Of a stretch of 64,000 nt of DNA, positions 1 to 13,734 are shown one piece after another. Location: NCBI GenBank assembly GCA_030264375.1, contig JASCQW010000190.1, positions 92,169,147 through 92,233,146 on the forward strand, written 5' to 3'. A program made the position numbers and the translations under genes. The stretch is from Carcharhinus longimanus (taxonomy: Eukaryota). Position 1 is the stretch's first letter, and each line of letters opens with the position of its first letter. The notes below the pieces were generated by a model that saw only the letters and a list, made by a program, of their open reading frames with translations, searched no databases and was not told the DNA's origin.

Positions 1-11
1 GGAACAGGGAG

Positions 12-50
12 TTCCCTGACGAAGGGACAGCCTGTTCCGAAAGCTTGGGG
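12..50 (+). ncRNA. Minimal hammerhead ribozyme motif in a Penelope-like terminus (element about 1-110)
   Basis: CTGACGA(16-22)-a-GGGAC-agcct-GTTCC-GAAA(39-42)-GCTT, with stem I TTCC/GGGG. It is followed by aaataaacttgttggact, as in the 23.6 kb element. Confidence 0.55.
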
Positions 51-1136
51 CGTTTGCTACAAATAAACTTGTTGGACTTCAAGTTGGTGTTGTGGGATTT
101 CTTTCTGTTTTAGTTTAACAACTCAGCTAGGGCAGGGTTAAGAGACTCCAATTCAATCAGGGAGAAAATAATGAGAATTCCCACTCATTACTGCCATCAG
201 GTAATTGCAGGTGGAAGTTCATTTGTTTGGATATTGGAAAGAAACTGAAGAATGCACCTCTGATGCTGGATTTTCAGAACAGGGTCAGGTACTTGACACC
301 CAGATAAATTCTGCATCCTGACCCTACACCTCAACAGCATCACTCGTGCAATGCTATTTTAAGGTTCAAATGGCCTAATTGGTCAGGATGCTTGCTCAGA
401 ACTAGATTAGAAGCAACTTTCTCCTCTCGGAGATGGGACCACTTGCCTAGTACGAAAGGCAAAAGCAAGAAGCAGGAATACTGGGGACTGCCATAGCCTT
501 GCTGAAGAGAGTAGGCGGCTCGTTATAGGGCCTGCAGTTGTGATGAGACTGGAAGGAGCCATGATGGAAAAGTGAACATCCAGAGTTTGCCCTGACAGTA
601 GGTCACGGAAAAAAACAGGTAACAGGGCAAGAAAGAGGAACTTTAATTGGTCCCGCAGAGAACTGGACAGTTGTGCAATAACATTTATCAGACTGTTCAG
701 GTTCACCCAAATAGTGTTTAAAAATTCAATTCCACACCTGACAGCTTCCTTAACAAGTTCCTATTTTGGTGGCAAACAAGCTTCCCATTCCAATCCAGTT
801 CGAGCCATTAGGAACGGCCCAGGAGACTTGGGTGCGAATCAGACTTTTGGGTCCGCATGCTCTCCTCTGTGGCCAGTGCGATCTACTAACGGCACAGCAA
901 AGTCAGTGAATCGCCCCCAGTATTTTTAATGTAAAGAAATAACCCATGGTGTTTCCAGATGAAGGGTAAGAAAAATGATAGCTAATAAGCAAAGGAGGGA
1001 GCAAAGCCTAGTCAAAGAATTATATTTTGTGAAAGTTTTTTTTAAAGGAGAAAAGGGGGCTGGAGGCATTTGGGCAGGAAATGCCAGAGGGTATTTACAC
1101 AGACCCTGCTATGGATAATGAGGCAAAAAGAATAGA

Positions 1137-1425
1137 TCATAGAATCCTACCATGCAGAAGGAGGCCATTTGACCCATCAAGTCTGTATCGACCATAATCC
1201 CACCTAGGTCCATAACCCCATGCATTTATCCCTGATACTAAGGAGTAATTCAGTATTGCCAATCCACCTAACCCACACATTTTTGGACTGTGGGAGAAAA
1301 CCGGAGCACCCAGAGAAAACCCATGCAGACATGGGGAGAATGTGCAAACTCCACACAGACAGTGACCCAAACCGAGAATCAATCCTGCCCCCTGGTGCTG
1401 TGAGGCAGCAGTGCTAACTATTTTG
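1137..1425 (-). mobile_element. HE1-like V-SINE; other copies at 5950-6258 (-), 21652-21905 (+), 29345-29690 (+), 35425-35715 (+) and 41872-42170 (+)
   Basis: tRNA-like head (gttagcactgctgcctcacagc...ggttcgattc) plus the V-domain core ctgtgtggagtttgcacattctccccatgtctgc...ggtttcctcccacagtccaaa. Confidence 0.85.
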
Positions 1426-2339
1426 TCATCATATTGCCCACAGGATGCACAACAGGTAGGATTTGGGAGAACAAAGGGCTTGGGAAAGAATGTAGATAAA
1501 ACATGCTGCAAAGCTGTGGAAGCATTTTAAGATGATATTGAAGATTTCCCATTGAAAGTGTTGCGTTTAAGAAGTCAAGATAGGACAAAGGTGATGGGTG
1601 AGTGGTTTTCAACAAGTCAGTGTTTATTTAGAATAGAAAATGGAAGTTCAGAAACGAGAATGTTGGAATAGCTGGGTCTCAGCTCAGATCAAAACGGGAT
1701 CTTGGAAAAAAAGTTGACAAAGTGACATTATATATAAATATATATGCATTAAAAATCTTCTGTCTGCATACACTTCCTGGGCACACAACTTGATTTTCTG
1801 AAAACTTTATCACACTTCTTTGTCTTTTTCTCATTCCAATTTCTGATTTATCACTGTTTTCTTTGATGAAGAGTTTTCACCATCTGGCTGCTCTTTCCCT
1901 GTAAAATTATAGATCAAATCATATTTTCTCTTCTCCCTCTTTACCAGCCTGCACCTCCCCCCAATCTGTAAGTGATAGGTAACATTCACATCAAAGTGCC
2001 AGATAATGATGGTCTCCAACTAGAGAGAATCTAACCATCTCCCCTTGACATTCAATGCATTATCATCACTGAATCTCAACATCCCAAGGGTTACCATTGA
2101 CCAGAAATTAAACTAGACCTGCCAGATAAATATTGTGGCTACAGGAGCAAGTCAGCAAATTCTGTGGTAAGTAGTTCAAGGAGGTGGCCCACCAACACTT
2201 TCTGAAGGGCAACCAGGGATGGGGAATAAATGTTGGCCTAGCCAGCAACACCAACATCCCATGGAATTAATAAAGAAAAACCTGGCCAACCTTTCCACTT
2301 ATCTCAAATCACAATCAGGTCCCAGTTAGAGCCTAAAAT

Positions 2340-2960
2340 ATATATTAGGGTATACCTAAATGCTTGAGACCACCCCAAGATTACAGCTGTAATTGAGGCA
2401 AAAAACAAAGTTTACATGATGCACAACAAAATGTCTACTACTGAAAATAGCCAAGACAACCATTGAAAAGATAGGAAAATACTGAGCAAATAAACACTGG
2501 ATTAACTTTTGTCAAGAAATCCAAACTACTTGTGACAATGGAATCCATGAAGTTTGTATGAAGAGATCAAGAGGGTTCCTGGTCCTACCATCACCAAACT
2601 TGAAGCCCTGCATTCAGACGATGGTGAAGTATTCACCCACAGAAATCAACAGATTTCCCATTGGGCTGATCACAACTATGAGCTGCTCTCTTGTGAGTCC
2701 AGCATAGCCCAGTTTGCGAATGATTCGCTCCCACAGCTCCCTGACATGGATGAATTAGATGAAGAATCCTCCTCACTTCAGCTCAAAATGGCCATAGATT
2801 ACTCAGCAAACAGCCAAATTGATCAAACACAGAAAGTTGTATCTATTGCCACACGTTCTCCTTCTCTGCTGGAAAGTAAGCTCTGATCCACAGGGTGATG
2901 TAAAAATCATCACAAAAGCGAAGGCAACAAAGGAGATGGCTACAACCAGGGTCAGGAAGC
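2340..2960 (+). mobile_element. RTE-clade LINE fragment
   Basis: MYEEIKRVPGPTITK...DGEVFT...ISHWADH.ELL...LPQLP..DELDEE is a typical RTE pre-RT linker. Confidence 0.7.
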
Positions 2961-3338
2961 GAGATCATGGGGCATTGGTGCTTCTCCCATTTCAGACACC
3001 TTATCCCACCTTTAACTTTAAGGTTAAATGGCCTTTAACCCATCCCCTCAAATCCTTCAAGAGTCCAGAATTGGGGACTATAGTCAAGTGGGGTTAGACT
3101 GTTTCATATAGATTTAGCAAAGCTTCTCATGTTTTGTACTCTATGCTTTTATATTAGCCCATTGAAGGCTCCGATTTCACTATGACTTTATCAGACAATT
3201 AAACACAACTGGTTCATTCGTATCAAGTTAAGCAGCTCAGCTTCCTTGACCTGGCCTATACAATATTTGGACAGTGACATCCAAAACTCTTGGACCTCGA
3301 CCACTTCAAACAACAGTCCTAGGTACAAAAGTTGGGCT

Positions 3339-3402
3339 TTAACCTTGTGTTATGAGACTTCTTACTGTGCTTACCCCAGTCCAACGCTGGTATCTCCACA
3401 TT
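3339..3402 (+). repeat. Terminal fragment of the same Penelope-like family
   Basis: taaccttgtgttatgagacttcttactgtgcttaccccagtccaacgctggtatctccac is similar to the reverse complement of 23486-23545. Confidence 0.75.
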
Positions 3403-3457
3403 ACAAATGAGAATACAGTGAGAAAACAGTGACATCTTTTATTGGTGCATGACTCCT

Positions 3458-3586
3458 GAGGTGGAGATTTCCACTCCTGCCTGCCATGGGAATCATTGCA
3501 GGCGGGACATGGACCATGCAAAGGCCTGTTGGCCTCAGGCAGGATTTTCTGGTCTTGGGGCAAGCACGGCCGGAAAATTCCACCCC
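3458..3586. mobile_element. Harbinger-type MITE
   Basis: Imperfect TIRs gaggtggagatttcc / ggaaaattccacccc around a GC-rich core. Confidence 0.6.
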
Positions 3587-4439
3587 CGATTTCACTTCCA
3601 AGTTTAAAAGTGGCAAAGATTTTTAATAAATGAATGCCAACAAATTCAACTGCATTGATGGTCTATTTCTATCCAACAAGAGAGCTTTGTTAACAGAAAT
3701 GTTCTGAACTCTCCACGTCTTGAGCCTGTACCAACATTCCATTGGACAGCAAATGCCAGCTTAAGAGCCCACCCAATATTAATGTTTCAGATCCACAATC
3801 TACACTATTCCTGACAAAGAGACTCTGACCTCTCCACCTCTCTGCATAGATGCCATTAGATGTGTTCAGCATTTCCAACATCTCCCATTTCTTTGGAGCA
3901 AAAGTAACCCCTTTTGCCAAAAAACATTCCTTCTTCTTGTGAGCCTCTTATTCCCTTTCACCAAGAAACCTAGCTGCAACTGCGTAATATCTGGTTTGGC
4001 ACATTAAAAATGATTTTTTTTTAAATTATAAAGTAAACATAGGCAACAACATTAAAGCAAGAAATTAATACATTTTTAAAATTGTAATGAATAAAAATGA
4101 CCACTGTCACAATGATACATTACTGCCCTGAATTATGTACGGGCATATTGAGATTTTTAGTGGAGACACATGTTTTGGAAAGAAATACAAGCAAAGGCCA
4201 AGAGCCAACAATGGCTGAGAATGTAAAATAATCCCCCTCTGGAAAGCTCCTGTATAGATTATATTCAGTCCCAAGAGAGACCATGGAATATTGCACCTGG
4301 GCAGTGTCAAGGCTAATTCAGAAGGAGAGACTTGAAAAGGAGAATAAGGATATTGCAAAAGGCCGAACATTAATCTCCTGAAGACTGATCATCACTTCTC
4401 AGCAGACATCCAAAACCCACCTCCTGTTGATTTATAAAT

Positions 4440-5145
4440 CATGCCTGTGTTGATGATGCTGCACTAGTCACCTTCGTTCAGCTACAAAGACTCCTGAACT
4501 GTCTCTTCCAGGCCTGTAACCTGTACTCCCTCACAATAAGCATCATGAAAACCATGGTCATGGGACAAGGCGTTGCATCTCTATCACTGATCACACTAAC
4601 TAACACACCACTGGAAGTGGTTAACAAATTCTGCTATCCCAGGTCCACGTGACAGACAATCTGTTTTTTGATGAGGGATTTGATACCCACACAGCAGCTA
4701 TCACCTTTTGGCCAATTCGCTAGAAATGCATGGACCAGACTCTTCAGCCATGGTTTGTAAGGCCTGTGTTCTCACTGCCTGTGAAACATGAATGACTTAC
4801 AGCTAAGAAGAAGGGTTCAACAACTTCCTGTTCAACATCTTTGCTGTCTGTGGCCCATTATGGGCATATCCTGGTGGAACAAAATCACGAATGTGGTAGT
4901 CCTCTCAAAGGCAGAGCTCCATACTTTTTAGCACTAATCAAACAAAGGCACTTTCATTGGCACAGAAATGTCTATGAGATGGAAGATGATCACATATCCA
5001 AGGACTTTCTGGATGGTGTGATAACCAGAGCCAGACAGCCAGTAGGATTCCAAAACTAACACACCACTGGAAGTGGTTAACAAATTCCCAGGTCCACATG
5101 ACAGACAATCTGTCTTTTGATGAGGGATTTGCTACCCACACAGAG
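4440..5145 (+). mobile_element. RTE-clade LINE fragment (RT C-terminal part)
   Basis: Degenerate DDAALV, LEVVNKFCY and HWH..V..MEDDHISKDFL.G motifs. Confidence 0.7.
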
Positions 5146-5394
5146 CGAGGTTTTCATGATGCTTATCGTGAGGGAGTACAAGTTACAGATCTGGGAGAGA
5201 CAGTTTAGGAGCTGAATGAGGGTGACTAGTGCAGCATCACTAGTTTCTTCAGCCATCAGCAATGGTATGCTATATAAAACACTTCATCTGAGATGATTTT
5301 ATTTGCCGCATGTCCATCATTCTTCGTAAATGGAAGAACATCAGAAGTACCTAAATGTGTTATTTTGAATAAATAACCATGTCATCACGTTTTC

Positions 5395-5700
5395 CTAACT
5401 CCTCTCCCCTTGCTTCGTTTTCAATCATTTCTATTCTCCATTTATCACCTTCTGTCCTCCATTTTGTCCTTCTCGCTCTCTTCCACCCCTTCCTCCTTTT
5501 TCTTTCTCCTGCTCGCTTTACTCCACTTCCTCCTTTTCTCCATCTCCCCTTTTCCCACCCTTCTCTCTCCACCTTCTTTCTTTCCTATTCCTCTGTCCAC
5601 TTTTCATTCATCCCATTCCCAACCTACCTTTGTAGCTCCTCACTATTCCCTACTGCTTCTCCTTTCTCCCTCTTCCCTCCTTCTCCCATACTCCTCCACT
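5395..5700 (+). repeat. Polypyrimidine low-complexity tract
   Basis: About 300 bp dominated by C and T. Confidence 0.9.
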
Positions 5701-7000
5701 AATCCTGTGGCAAGTCAGTGTAATTACAGCAAGACAAGTTTACGTAGGTCATTTCTATTTTAAGTTATTAGAACAAATAACAAAGCTTGTTCAAACAGGT
5801 CGACTTTAAGGAGGTAAGGAGTTGAAGATGTTTTTGGAAGGAGTTCCAAAGCATAGGAACCAAGCCTTCGAAGGCAACACAACCAAACGTGGAGCGAATA
5901 TAATCAGAGATCGGCAAGAGGCCAGTATTGGAGGAGTGCAGAGATCATAAAATCACTCCTATTTGGCCCATTGAGTCTGCACCAACTCTCTCCCCTGTTC
6001 TATCCCTGTAATCCCACATATAATCATGGCTAATCCATCTAACCTACACATCTTGGAACACAAAGGGGTAATTTTGCATGTCCAATCCACCCAGCCTGCA
6101 CATGTTTGGACTGTGGGAGGAAATCAGAGCACCCAGAGGAACCCACGTGGATATGGGGAAAAGGTGCAAACTACACAACTCACCCAAGGCCAGAGTTCAA
6201 CCCGGGTCCCTAATGCTGTGAGGCAGCAGTGCTACCCACTGCGCCACCGTGCTGCCCCTCAGAGATTTGTAAGGTTGGAGGAAATTAGAGATAAGATGTC
6301 ATTCTGTTGTGAACAGATCTTTTTTCATTTGCAGCAATACTTTACATGAAACATACTATTCTGTGACTTCCATTTTTCACGTCTGCACTCCTGAAGAAGA
6401 AAAGGCTTGTAAATAATTCCTCACTACACTTCAGCTGCAAATGCTTGCATACTATTATATGCAAAGCCAGAGGCTAATCTGAATGCAGGGAATTATAATG
6501 CAATTGTTAGTGCTAATGAATAATGGATGAGTACTACATGCCCAAAATAGAAGTATGTGGGCTGAGTTCTCATGTTTGAAGAAAAGTGCAGACAGTAATG
6601 TAAAAAAGGTCACAGTATAATGGCTGGCTGGACACCAGGAGATCAAAAATGTCACTGTATGAAACTCCTCCCTATGTATATATAATTCATCTGGCTGATG
6701 CACTTTAGTGCACTGATGTTAACTAAAAACAATCAAATAGAATAGAATTCCTGGTCCAAATTTACACATAAGGGTGCTTTGATAGGTTTTATTTCTCTTT
6801 CTTAATTCAAGTTTCATCCTCTTAAGTTCAAGATTACTGAGTCATTTTAACCCTTACAAAACCTCCTGAGCACAGTGAATATGAGGATACATTATAGGAG
6901 CATGTGCCCTGTAAAAGGAGTCTGTCCAATTTTCCATCCACATCAATTAATGGAGGAAAACTAGAAGGTTTGCTCCGTAGATGTGCACTCTAACAAATAG

Positions 7001-7215
7001 GATGGTTGATATTCACTGGATTTCAGCAATTTAATCGCAGGCTAATCAAAGATCTGGGAGAATCTCTCACTTCCCTTCCCAAAGACATTTCATTTTTGTG
7101 TTTTGCTGAAAGGTTGGACTCAGCAAGGTTCAGGATATTATTGGCAATTGAGCTACAAAATAAAATCTATACTTCATATCATGGTGCACATTTTAATGCC
7201 TCTTATGTGATTCAG
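7001..7215 (+). pseudogene. RGSL1-like exon, first RGS-like repeat
   Basis: aaatag| acceptor and CAG|gtaagt donor. Open frame WLIFTGFQQFNRRLIKDLGESLTSLPKDISFLCFAERL...LQNKIYTSY...VIQ has an RGS-like G-x3-F...GE-x-L...F...E pattern. Confidence 0.5.
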
Positions 7216-7799
7216 GTAAGTGAGTTATGTATTTAGTGTGGTTCACAAGACACTGAACAATCTAGAATTGGACAGGTACAACTTATAGACCAGACTTTAT
7301 GGTAAAATATATTTACTTCCACGTTAGATCTAGAACATTAAAACCGGTAATATAGTGACAAGCACCCATAATACCACAATACTTTGTACTCTGAAGCCCT
7401 GCGTGGAGGCCTGGTTGATAAACATTAGTAATGGTGACTCAGCATAATATTTTTAAAACTCAAATTTAACATTGGTTTAGAAATAACAATACAATCTTCC
7501 GTAGATAAGGTGTCCATAAAGAAATAATAAATTGATTGCATTATTTAACAATGTGCTGCCTCAGAGATCAGATTAAATCCAACTCCTTAGGTACACATGC
7601 CCCTACCGTCCACTCCCCCAACCCCACACTGCTCCAGAAAATTAACTATCTCAATTAATAGAAATCTGTGATCTGTGCATTAACCTTACATTTTGTTCAG
7701 TAAGAGGGCAGAGTACAATCCATATGAGGTTGGCCTGGATCATACAGCAGTATTTCTGCACCGAATAGGAACATTTTGGAATCATCCTGTGCATAATAA

Positions 7800-8293
7800 C
7801 AAAGAGAACAAAGAACAAACAAAATTACAGCACAGGAACAGCCCCTTCAGCACTCCAAGCCTGCACTGACCATGCTGCCTGACTGAACTAAAACCCCTTA
7901 CCCTTCCAGGAACCATATCCCTCTAGTCCCATCCTATTCATGTATTTGTCCAGATGCCCCTTAAAACTCACTATCATATCTGCTTCCACTACTTCCCCCG
8001 GCAGCGAGCTCCAGGCACCCATCACCCTCTGTGTAAAAATACTTGCCTCCTACATNNNNNNNNNNGAACTAAAACCCCTTACCCTTCCATATCCCTCCAT
8101 TCTCATCTATTCACGTATTTGTCAAGTCGCCCCTTAAAATTCACTATCGTATCTGCTTCCACTACCTCCCCCGGCAGCGAGTTCCAGGCACCCACCATCC
8201 TCTGTGTAAAAAACTTGCCTCATACCTTTAAACCTTACCCCCCACACCTTAAACTTGTGCCCCCTAGTAATTGACTCTTCCACCCTGGGGAAA
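7800..8293 (-). mobile_element. CR1 LINE 3' end fragments (duplicated across an N gap)
   Basis: Near-identical to 9920-10230. Confidence 0.85.
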
Positions 8294-9914
8294 NNNNNNN
8301 NNNNNNNNNNNNNNNNNNNNNNNNNNNNNNNNNNNNNNNNNNNNNNNNNNNNNNNNNNNNNNNNNNNNNNNNNNNNNNNNNNNNNNNNNNNNNCCCACCC
8401 TCAAAATCCCTCCCCAGATGTTCTGAACAATTGCCCAGAAAATTCAAACTTCCAACAGGCAATTTACCTGCCCAAGGAACTGAACCGAAGACGGGGATTT
8501 AAATCCCAAACTTCGGATAGTTTGGACTGTGTTACATCAATAGTTACCTAGAAACAGTTGGAAGAATTCAAACCACTTCCAGCTTCTTGGTAGCTGTCGC
8601 ACTTGAACCCACCCAGCCCCTGAATCCTTCCCAAACACACAGACAAATCCATGGCTTAGGCCAATAGCTTCTGACGTAACACGATCCAACATCTGCAACA
8701 CCACTCTCCCAACTCCCTACTCACCCCACCCCATCCACCATTCTGCCTCAACTACTCCCCCTTCACCCAAACTCGCCCCCCCAACTTCAGCCCTCATTCT
8801 GACTCCCCGACAATCACATTGCTGTTTGTAGCACTTTTGCAAAGCACAAATTGGCTGCCATGTTTCTTAGTAATCATATGGCGGCACTTCAATAGTATTT
8901 AGTATAATTGGCTGTAAAGTGCTTTAGGGTGTCCTGAGGTCATAAAAGTGCCTTGTCCTCAAAATGTTGCATACGAGAAGGAAATACTGTGACCTATGTC
9001 CGTTTAAGGAGATAATTCTCCCTCCAACAAAGATGTGCACACTGTGATGAAGGCATCACCATCTCAGGTTCCTCTGGAGGTTACCTTTGGGGTCTGAAGT
9101 GAGGAAACCTGGTGTTTAATGTGCTGTGACATTTTAGTCAGATGGCACAAAGTTCATATGACACAATCTGGAGCTAGACATTGGAAAAGTGCAGAGTTTA
9201 TCAGAATTCTACAGCTCTTCACCTCACACCCTATGTTCAGATACACAGGAAAGGGAAGGAATTCAAATTATAGCAACAATGCACTTAACCATTAAGGGTG
9301 TAACCAGGAAGCAGCCGTTCCCAGACCCAGAACCAAGCCTCAACCAAGCAAATGTACATAGGAGTTTAATGCCAACATTAATTTATCTGATTATATATCA
9401 AAATGGAAGTGTCCAATTTTGCTATTAGCATGAAAAATCTCCAAAACGAAAGTTCAAAGTGTATCACAAAGCAAAATTAAGAGCACGTGCTGACATCTGA
9501 GTCTACAGCAATTCCGACAGGTCAAACTTGTTGTTTGAGGCTCCGCCAGATTGTTCACAAACTTGCTGTCATGTTGGATCCTGAGAAAACCTTCTAACCA
9601 CACATGGAAACTAGAAGCAGGATAAGGCCATTTGGCCCTTCGAGTCTGCTCCACCATTCATTTTGATCATGGCTGATCATCAAATTCCATATCCTGATCC
9701 CGTCTACCCTCCATATCCCTCAATCTCTTTAGCCCCAAGAGCTACATCTAATTCTTCCTTGAAATCACACAATGTTTTGGTCTCAACTACATTCTGTGAT
9801 AGTGAATTCTGCAGATTCACCACCTTTTGGGTGAAGAAATTTCTCCTCACTTCAGCCCTGAAAGGTTTTCCCCTTATCCTCAAACTATGACTCCTAGTTC
9901 CAGATTAGCCCACC

Positions 9915-11740
9915 ATTAGAACAAAGAACAAAGAAAATTACAGCACAGGAACAGGCTCTTTGGCCCTCCAAGCCTGCACCGACCATGCTGCCGGACTTAA
10001 CTAAAACCCCCTACCCTTCTGGGGACCATATCCCTTTATTCCCACCCTATTCATGTACTTGTCAAGATGCCCCTTAAAAGTCACTACCATATCCGCTTCC
10101 ACTATCTCCCCCGGCAACAAGATGCAGGCACCCACTACTCTAAAAGAATCTGTCTTGTACATCTCCTTTAAACCTTGCCCCTCGCACCTTAAACCTATGC
10201 CCGCTAGTAATTGACACTTACACCCTGGGAAAAAGTTTCTGACTATCCATTCTGTCCATGCCTCTCATAATCTTGTAGACTTCCATCAGGTCTCCCCTCA
10301 ACCTCTGTCACCCCAGTGAGAACAAAGCAAGTTTCTCCAACCTCTCATAGCTAATGCCCTCCATACCAGGCAATATCCTGGTAAATCTTTTCTGTACCCT
10401 TTCCAAAGCCTCCACATCCTTCTGGTAATGTGGCAATCAGAATTGAACACTATATTCCAAGTGCGGCCTAACTAAAGTTCTATAAAGCTGCAACATGATT
10501 TGCCAATTTTTAAACTCAATACCTCAGCCGATGAAAGCAAGCATTCCTTCTGGACTACCTGCTCCACCTGCATTGCCACTTTCAGTGGCCTGTGTACCTG
10601 AACGCCCTTAAGGGTTCTTCAATACCCTTAAGGGTTCTGCCATTTATTGTATATTTCCTATCTGTATTAGGCCTTCCAAAATGAACTCTGTCTGTCATCT
10701 CTCCGCCCAAGTCTGCAACTGATCTATATCCTGCTGTATCCTCTAATGGCCCTCATCACTATCCGCAAATCTACCAACCTTTGTGTTGTCCGTAACGTTA
10801 CTAATCAAACCAGTTACATTTTCCTCCAAATCATATATATGAAAGGCCCCAGCACTGATCCCTGAGGAACGCCACTTGTCACAGTCTTGCATTCAGAAAC
10901 ACACCCATCCACTGCCACTCTCTGTCTTCTTTGACCGAGCCAGTTTCATATCCACCTTGCCAGCCATGTGACTTTGCCTTCTACACCAGTCTGCCATGAG
11001 GCACCTTGTCAAAGGCCTTAATGAAGTCCATGTAGACAATATCCACTGCCCTACCTTCAATCATCTTCGTCACTTCCTCGAAAAACTTGATTAAGTTAGT
11101 GAGGCACAACCTCCCCTTCACAAAACCATGTTGCCACTTGCTAACACATCCGCTTATTTCCAAGTGGGAATAAATCCTGTCTCAAAGAATTCTATCCAAT
11201 ACCATTGACATAAGACTCACCAGCCTATAATTACTTGAATTATTCTTGCTACCCTTCTTAAACAAAAGGAACAACATTGGCTATTCTTCAATCCTCTGGG
11301 ACTTTCCCTGTAGCCAGTGAGGTTTCAAAGATTTCTCTCAAGGCCCCAGCAATTTCCTCCCTTGCCTCTCTCAGTATTTTAGGGTAAATCCCATCAGGTC
11401 ATGGGAACTTGTCTACCATAATGTTTTTCAAGAACCCCAATGCCTTCTCCTCTTTGATTTCAAACTATCTGCACATCCTTTCCCAGACTCACCATCCACC
11501 AAGTCCTTGTCTTTGGTGAATATTGACATGAAGCACTCATTTAATACCTTGCCGATTTCCTTTGGCTCCACGTATAGATTCCATCCCCTGTCTTTGAGTG
11601 GGCCAACCCTCTCCCTGGCTACCGTCTTGCTTTTTATATAAAAAGCCTTGGGATTTTCCTTAATCCTGCTGGCCAATGACTTTCCATGATCCCTTTTAGC
11701 CCTCCTTACTCCCTGCTTAAGTTTCTTTTTACTTTCCTAA
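9915..11740 (-). mobile_element. CR1 LINE, 5'-truncated, RT region plus 3' tail
   Basis: QHGFVKGRLCLTNLIKFFEEVTK..VDIVYMDFIKAFDKVPHGRL and IKENPKAFY motifs, with a (TTCTTTG)n tail. Confidence 0.92.
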
Positions 11741-13734
11741 CAATAATGTTATTAACATGAAGGGACAATCCTTTGTTTTGCTGCAAGTGCCACTAAGATA
11801 CATAAATCGGCAGACCACACTTTACCAGACAAGATCAGTTCATTTTGCCGCAAACATATGTAGCATTTGAGGATTCAAGGACATTTTGTTTCAGGTACGA
11901 GTGTTGCTGGGGTAACATTGCAACAGGGAAGTTACGGTGAACCTAGTCATGAGCATAAACCCCACTGTGAATTGGACAGAGATACTTAGTAGAAGAGAAG
12001 GGAAATAGAAATACCTGCTGAATATTTGCAACATTCTCTATTTTAATATCAGAGTAATTTACTGTTTGGTTGCTCAATTTCCAAAGCAACTGTCCTGCTT
12101 TGAAAAGCCCTATATGACCGTTTTTTATTTTCACAGACAAAGGTTTGGAATGCCACAGTTGAAAGTAGCAGTGGGTTGTGGAATATGCAATGTAATTCTG
12201 TGTATACACTAAGACAACTTGCTTTTAACTGATGAAGGGAAAGGCTTAGATGAGTGTTTGACCGGGGCAAAGTGAGTCGATTGAAAATGGGTTCAACTGA
12301 AAGGTTGTACCATTGATCACAGCTACACACCAGGGATGTAAATGATGAATAATCAATAACACACAAAGCAATGAATCGCAACTAGATGGAATAGAATCTC
12401 ATAAGCTATCAATTTCCATTTTTGTTCAGTCCTTATACATCTCAGTGACGGTGACTCAGCCCATATTATATAATCAGTGATACCGTTCTTTTTTTTAAAC
12501 TGGTATCTAAATGCTGGAAATGGCAGCACAGTGTCCTATAGAGAAGATGTCCTTGCAGAAGGGATAAATCATTTTGTTGTATATTTAATCATGGGTGTCC
12601 TTGGATATGATTAAATCCTGTGCATTCAACTGCTTAATCACATTTGGTAAGCACCCCCCTCTAGAAAATGAACTGTCTCAATGAAAATATATCTTGGTGA
12701 GTTCATGCATCTGCATTAGATTTGATTAATTAAAAGGAAAAAGAAATAATCAGATTGAGCTGAGTTGTAAAGCCATCTCTTACTTCACTCAGTGAGTATA
12801 TAGGAACATTTCTGCTCCAAATCGGAAACATTCTGAATTGTCCTCTCTGCATAAAAATTATGGTCATTATTTGTGTAATTGTATTTTTGCGTGATTATCA
12901 CTTTATTTCGTACACATTGAATTAAACTATCTGAAATGTATCCGCACGTGGTAAACATCCTCTGCTAAATTCAACCCATCAGCCACTTTGCAAGTTGAAC
13001 CACAGCCTTCTCCACACACATAAATAGGACCCCTAATGCTTCACACACATCGTAAACATGACTGATAAAGGCAAAATGCTGCGGATGCTGGAATCTGAAA
13101 CAAAAGCAGAAAATGCTGGAAAACCTCAGTAGGTCTCACAGGATCTGTGTGGAGAGAATAGAGCCAAAGCTTTGAGTTTGCAACACCCTTTGAGTGAAGT
13201 AGTGGAGGCAGATTCAATCGAGGAGTTCAAGAGAGCATTCAAGGATTACTTGAATAGAAACAATAGACAGAGATAAGTCAAGGGAATGGCATTAAGTCAT
13301 AATGTGCTTTGGAGAGCCAGTGCAAGCACAATGGGCCAAATGTCCTCCTCCTATGCCTTAACAATTCTGTGGTTATAGTCAGGACCCCTAGTGCTCCTGC
13401 ACATCATAAGCAGGACCCTTAGATAATGCAAGCAGGAGTGCTCCACGTACATTATAAGCATTATAACATTTTAAACATGGCCTCTAATGCAAAGTATACA
13501 TCACAAGCAAGACTCATACTCCTGTGTGCATGCCATAAACAGGATACGTGGTGCTGAACACACAATATAACAGGCTCCTTATTTCCACAACTGTGACCAC
13601 CTATTTCACTGTGCATTTTGTCTCCCAATGCTAAATCTGAAGCAGGAGGCCTGGTTGACACAGAAAAAGCATAAGGAACAGGAATATTCATCTATTCTGA
13701 TAATCCTCTTAGTTACCATGANNNNNNNNNNTAA

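Noticed and set aside
5360-5763. F/S/P/L-rich and R/G/E/K-rich ORFs
   Set aside because: By-products of the polypyrimidine tract.
8076-8293. Tandem duplication of a CR1 3' end
   Set aside because: The copies sit on either side of an N gap and may be a scaffolding artefact.
13025-13470. Spaced approximately 30-bp repeats (ggacccctagtgctcc...) resembling a CRISPR array
   Set aside because: Few, degenerate and irregularly spaced units in vertebrate DNA with no cas genes; a decayed minisatellite.
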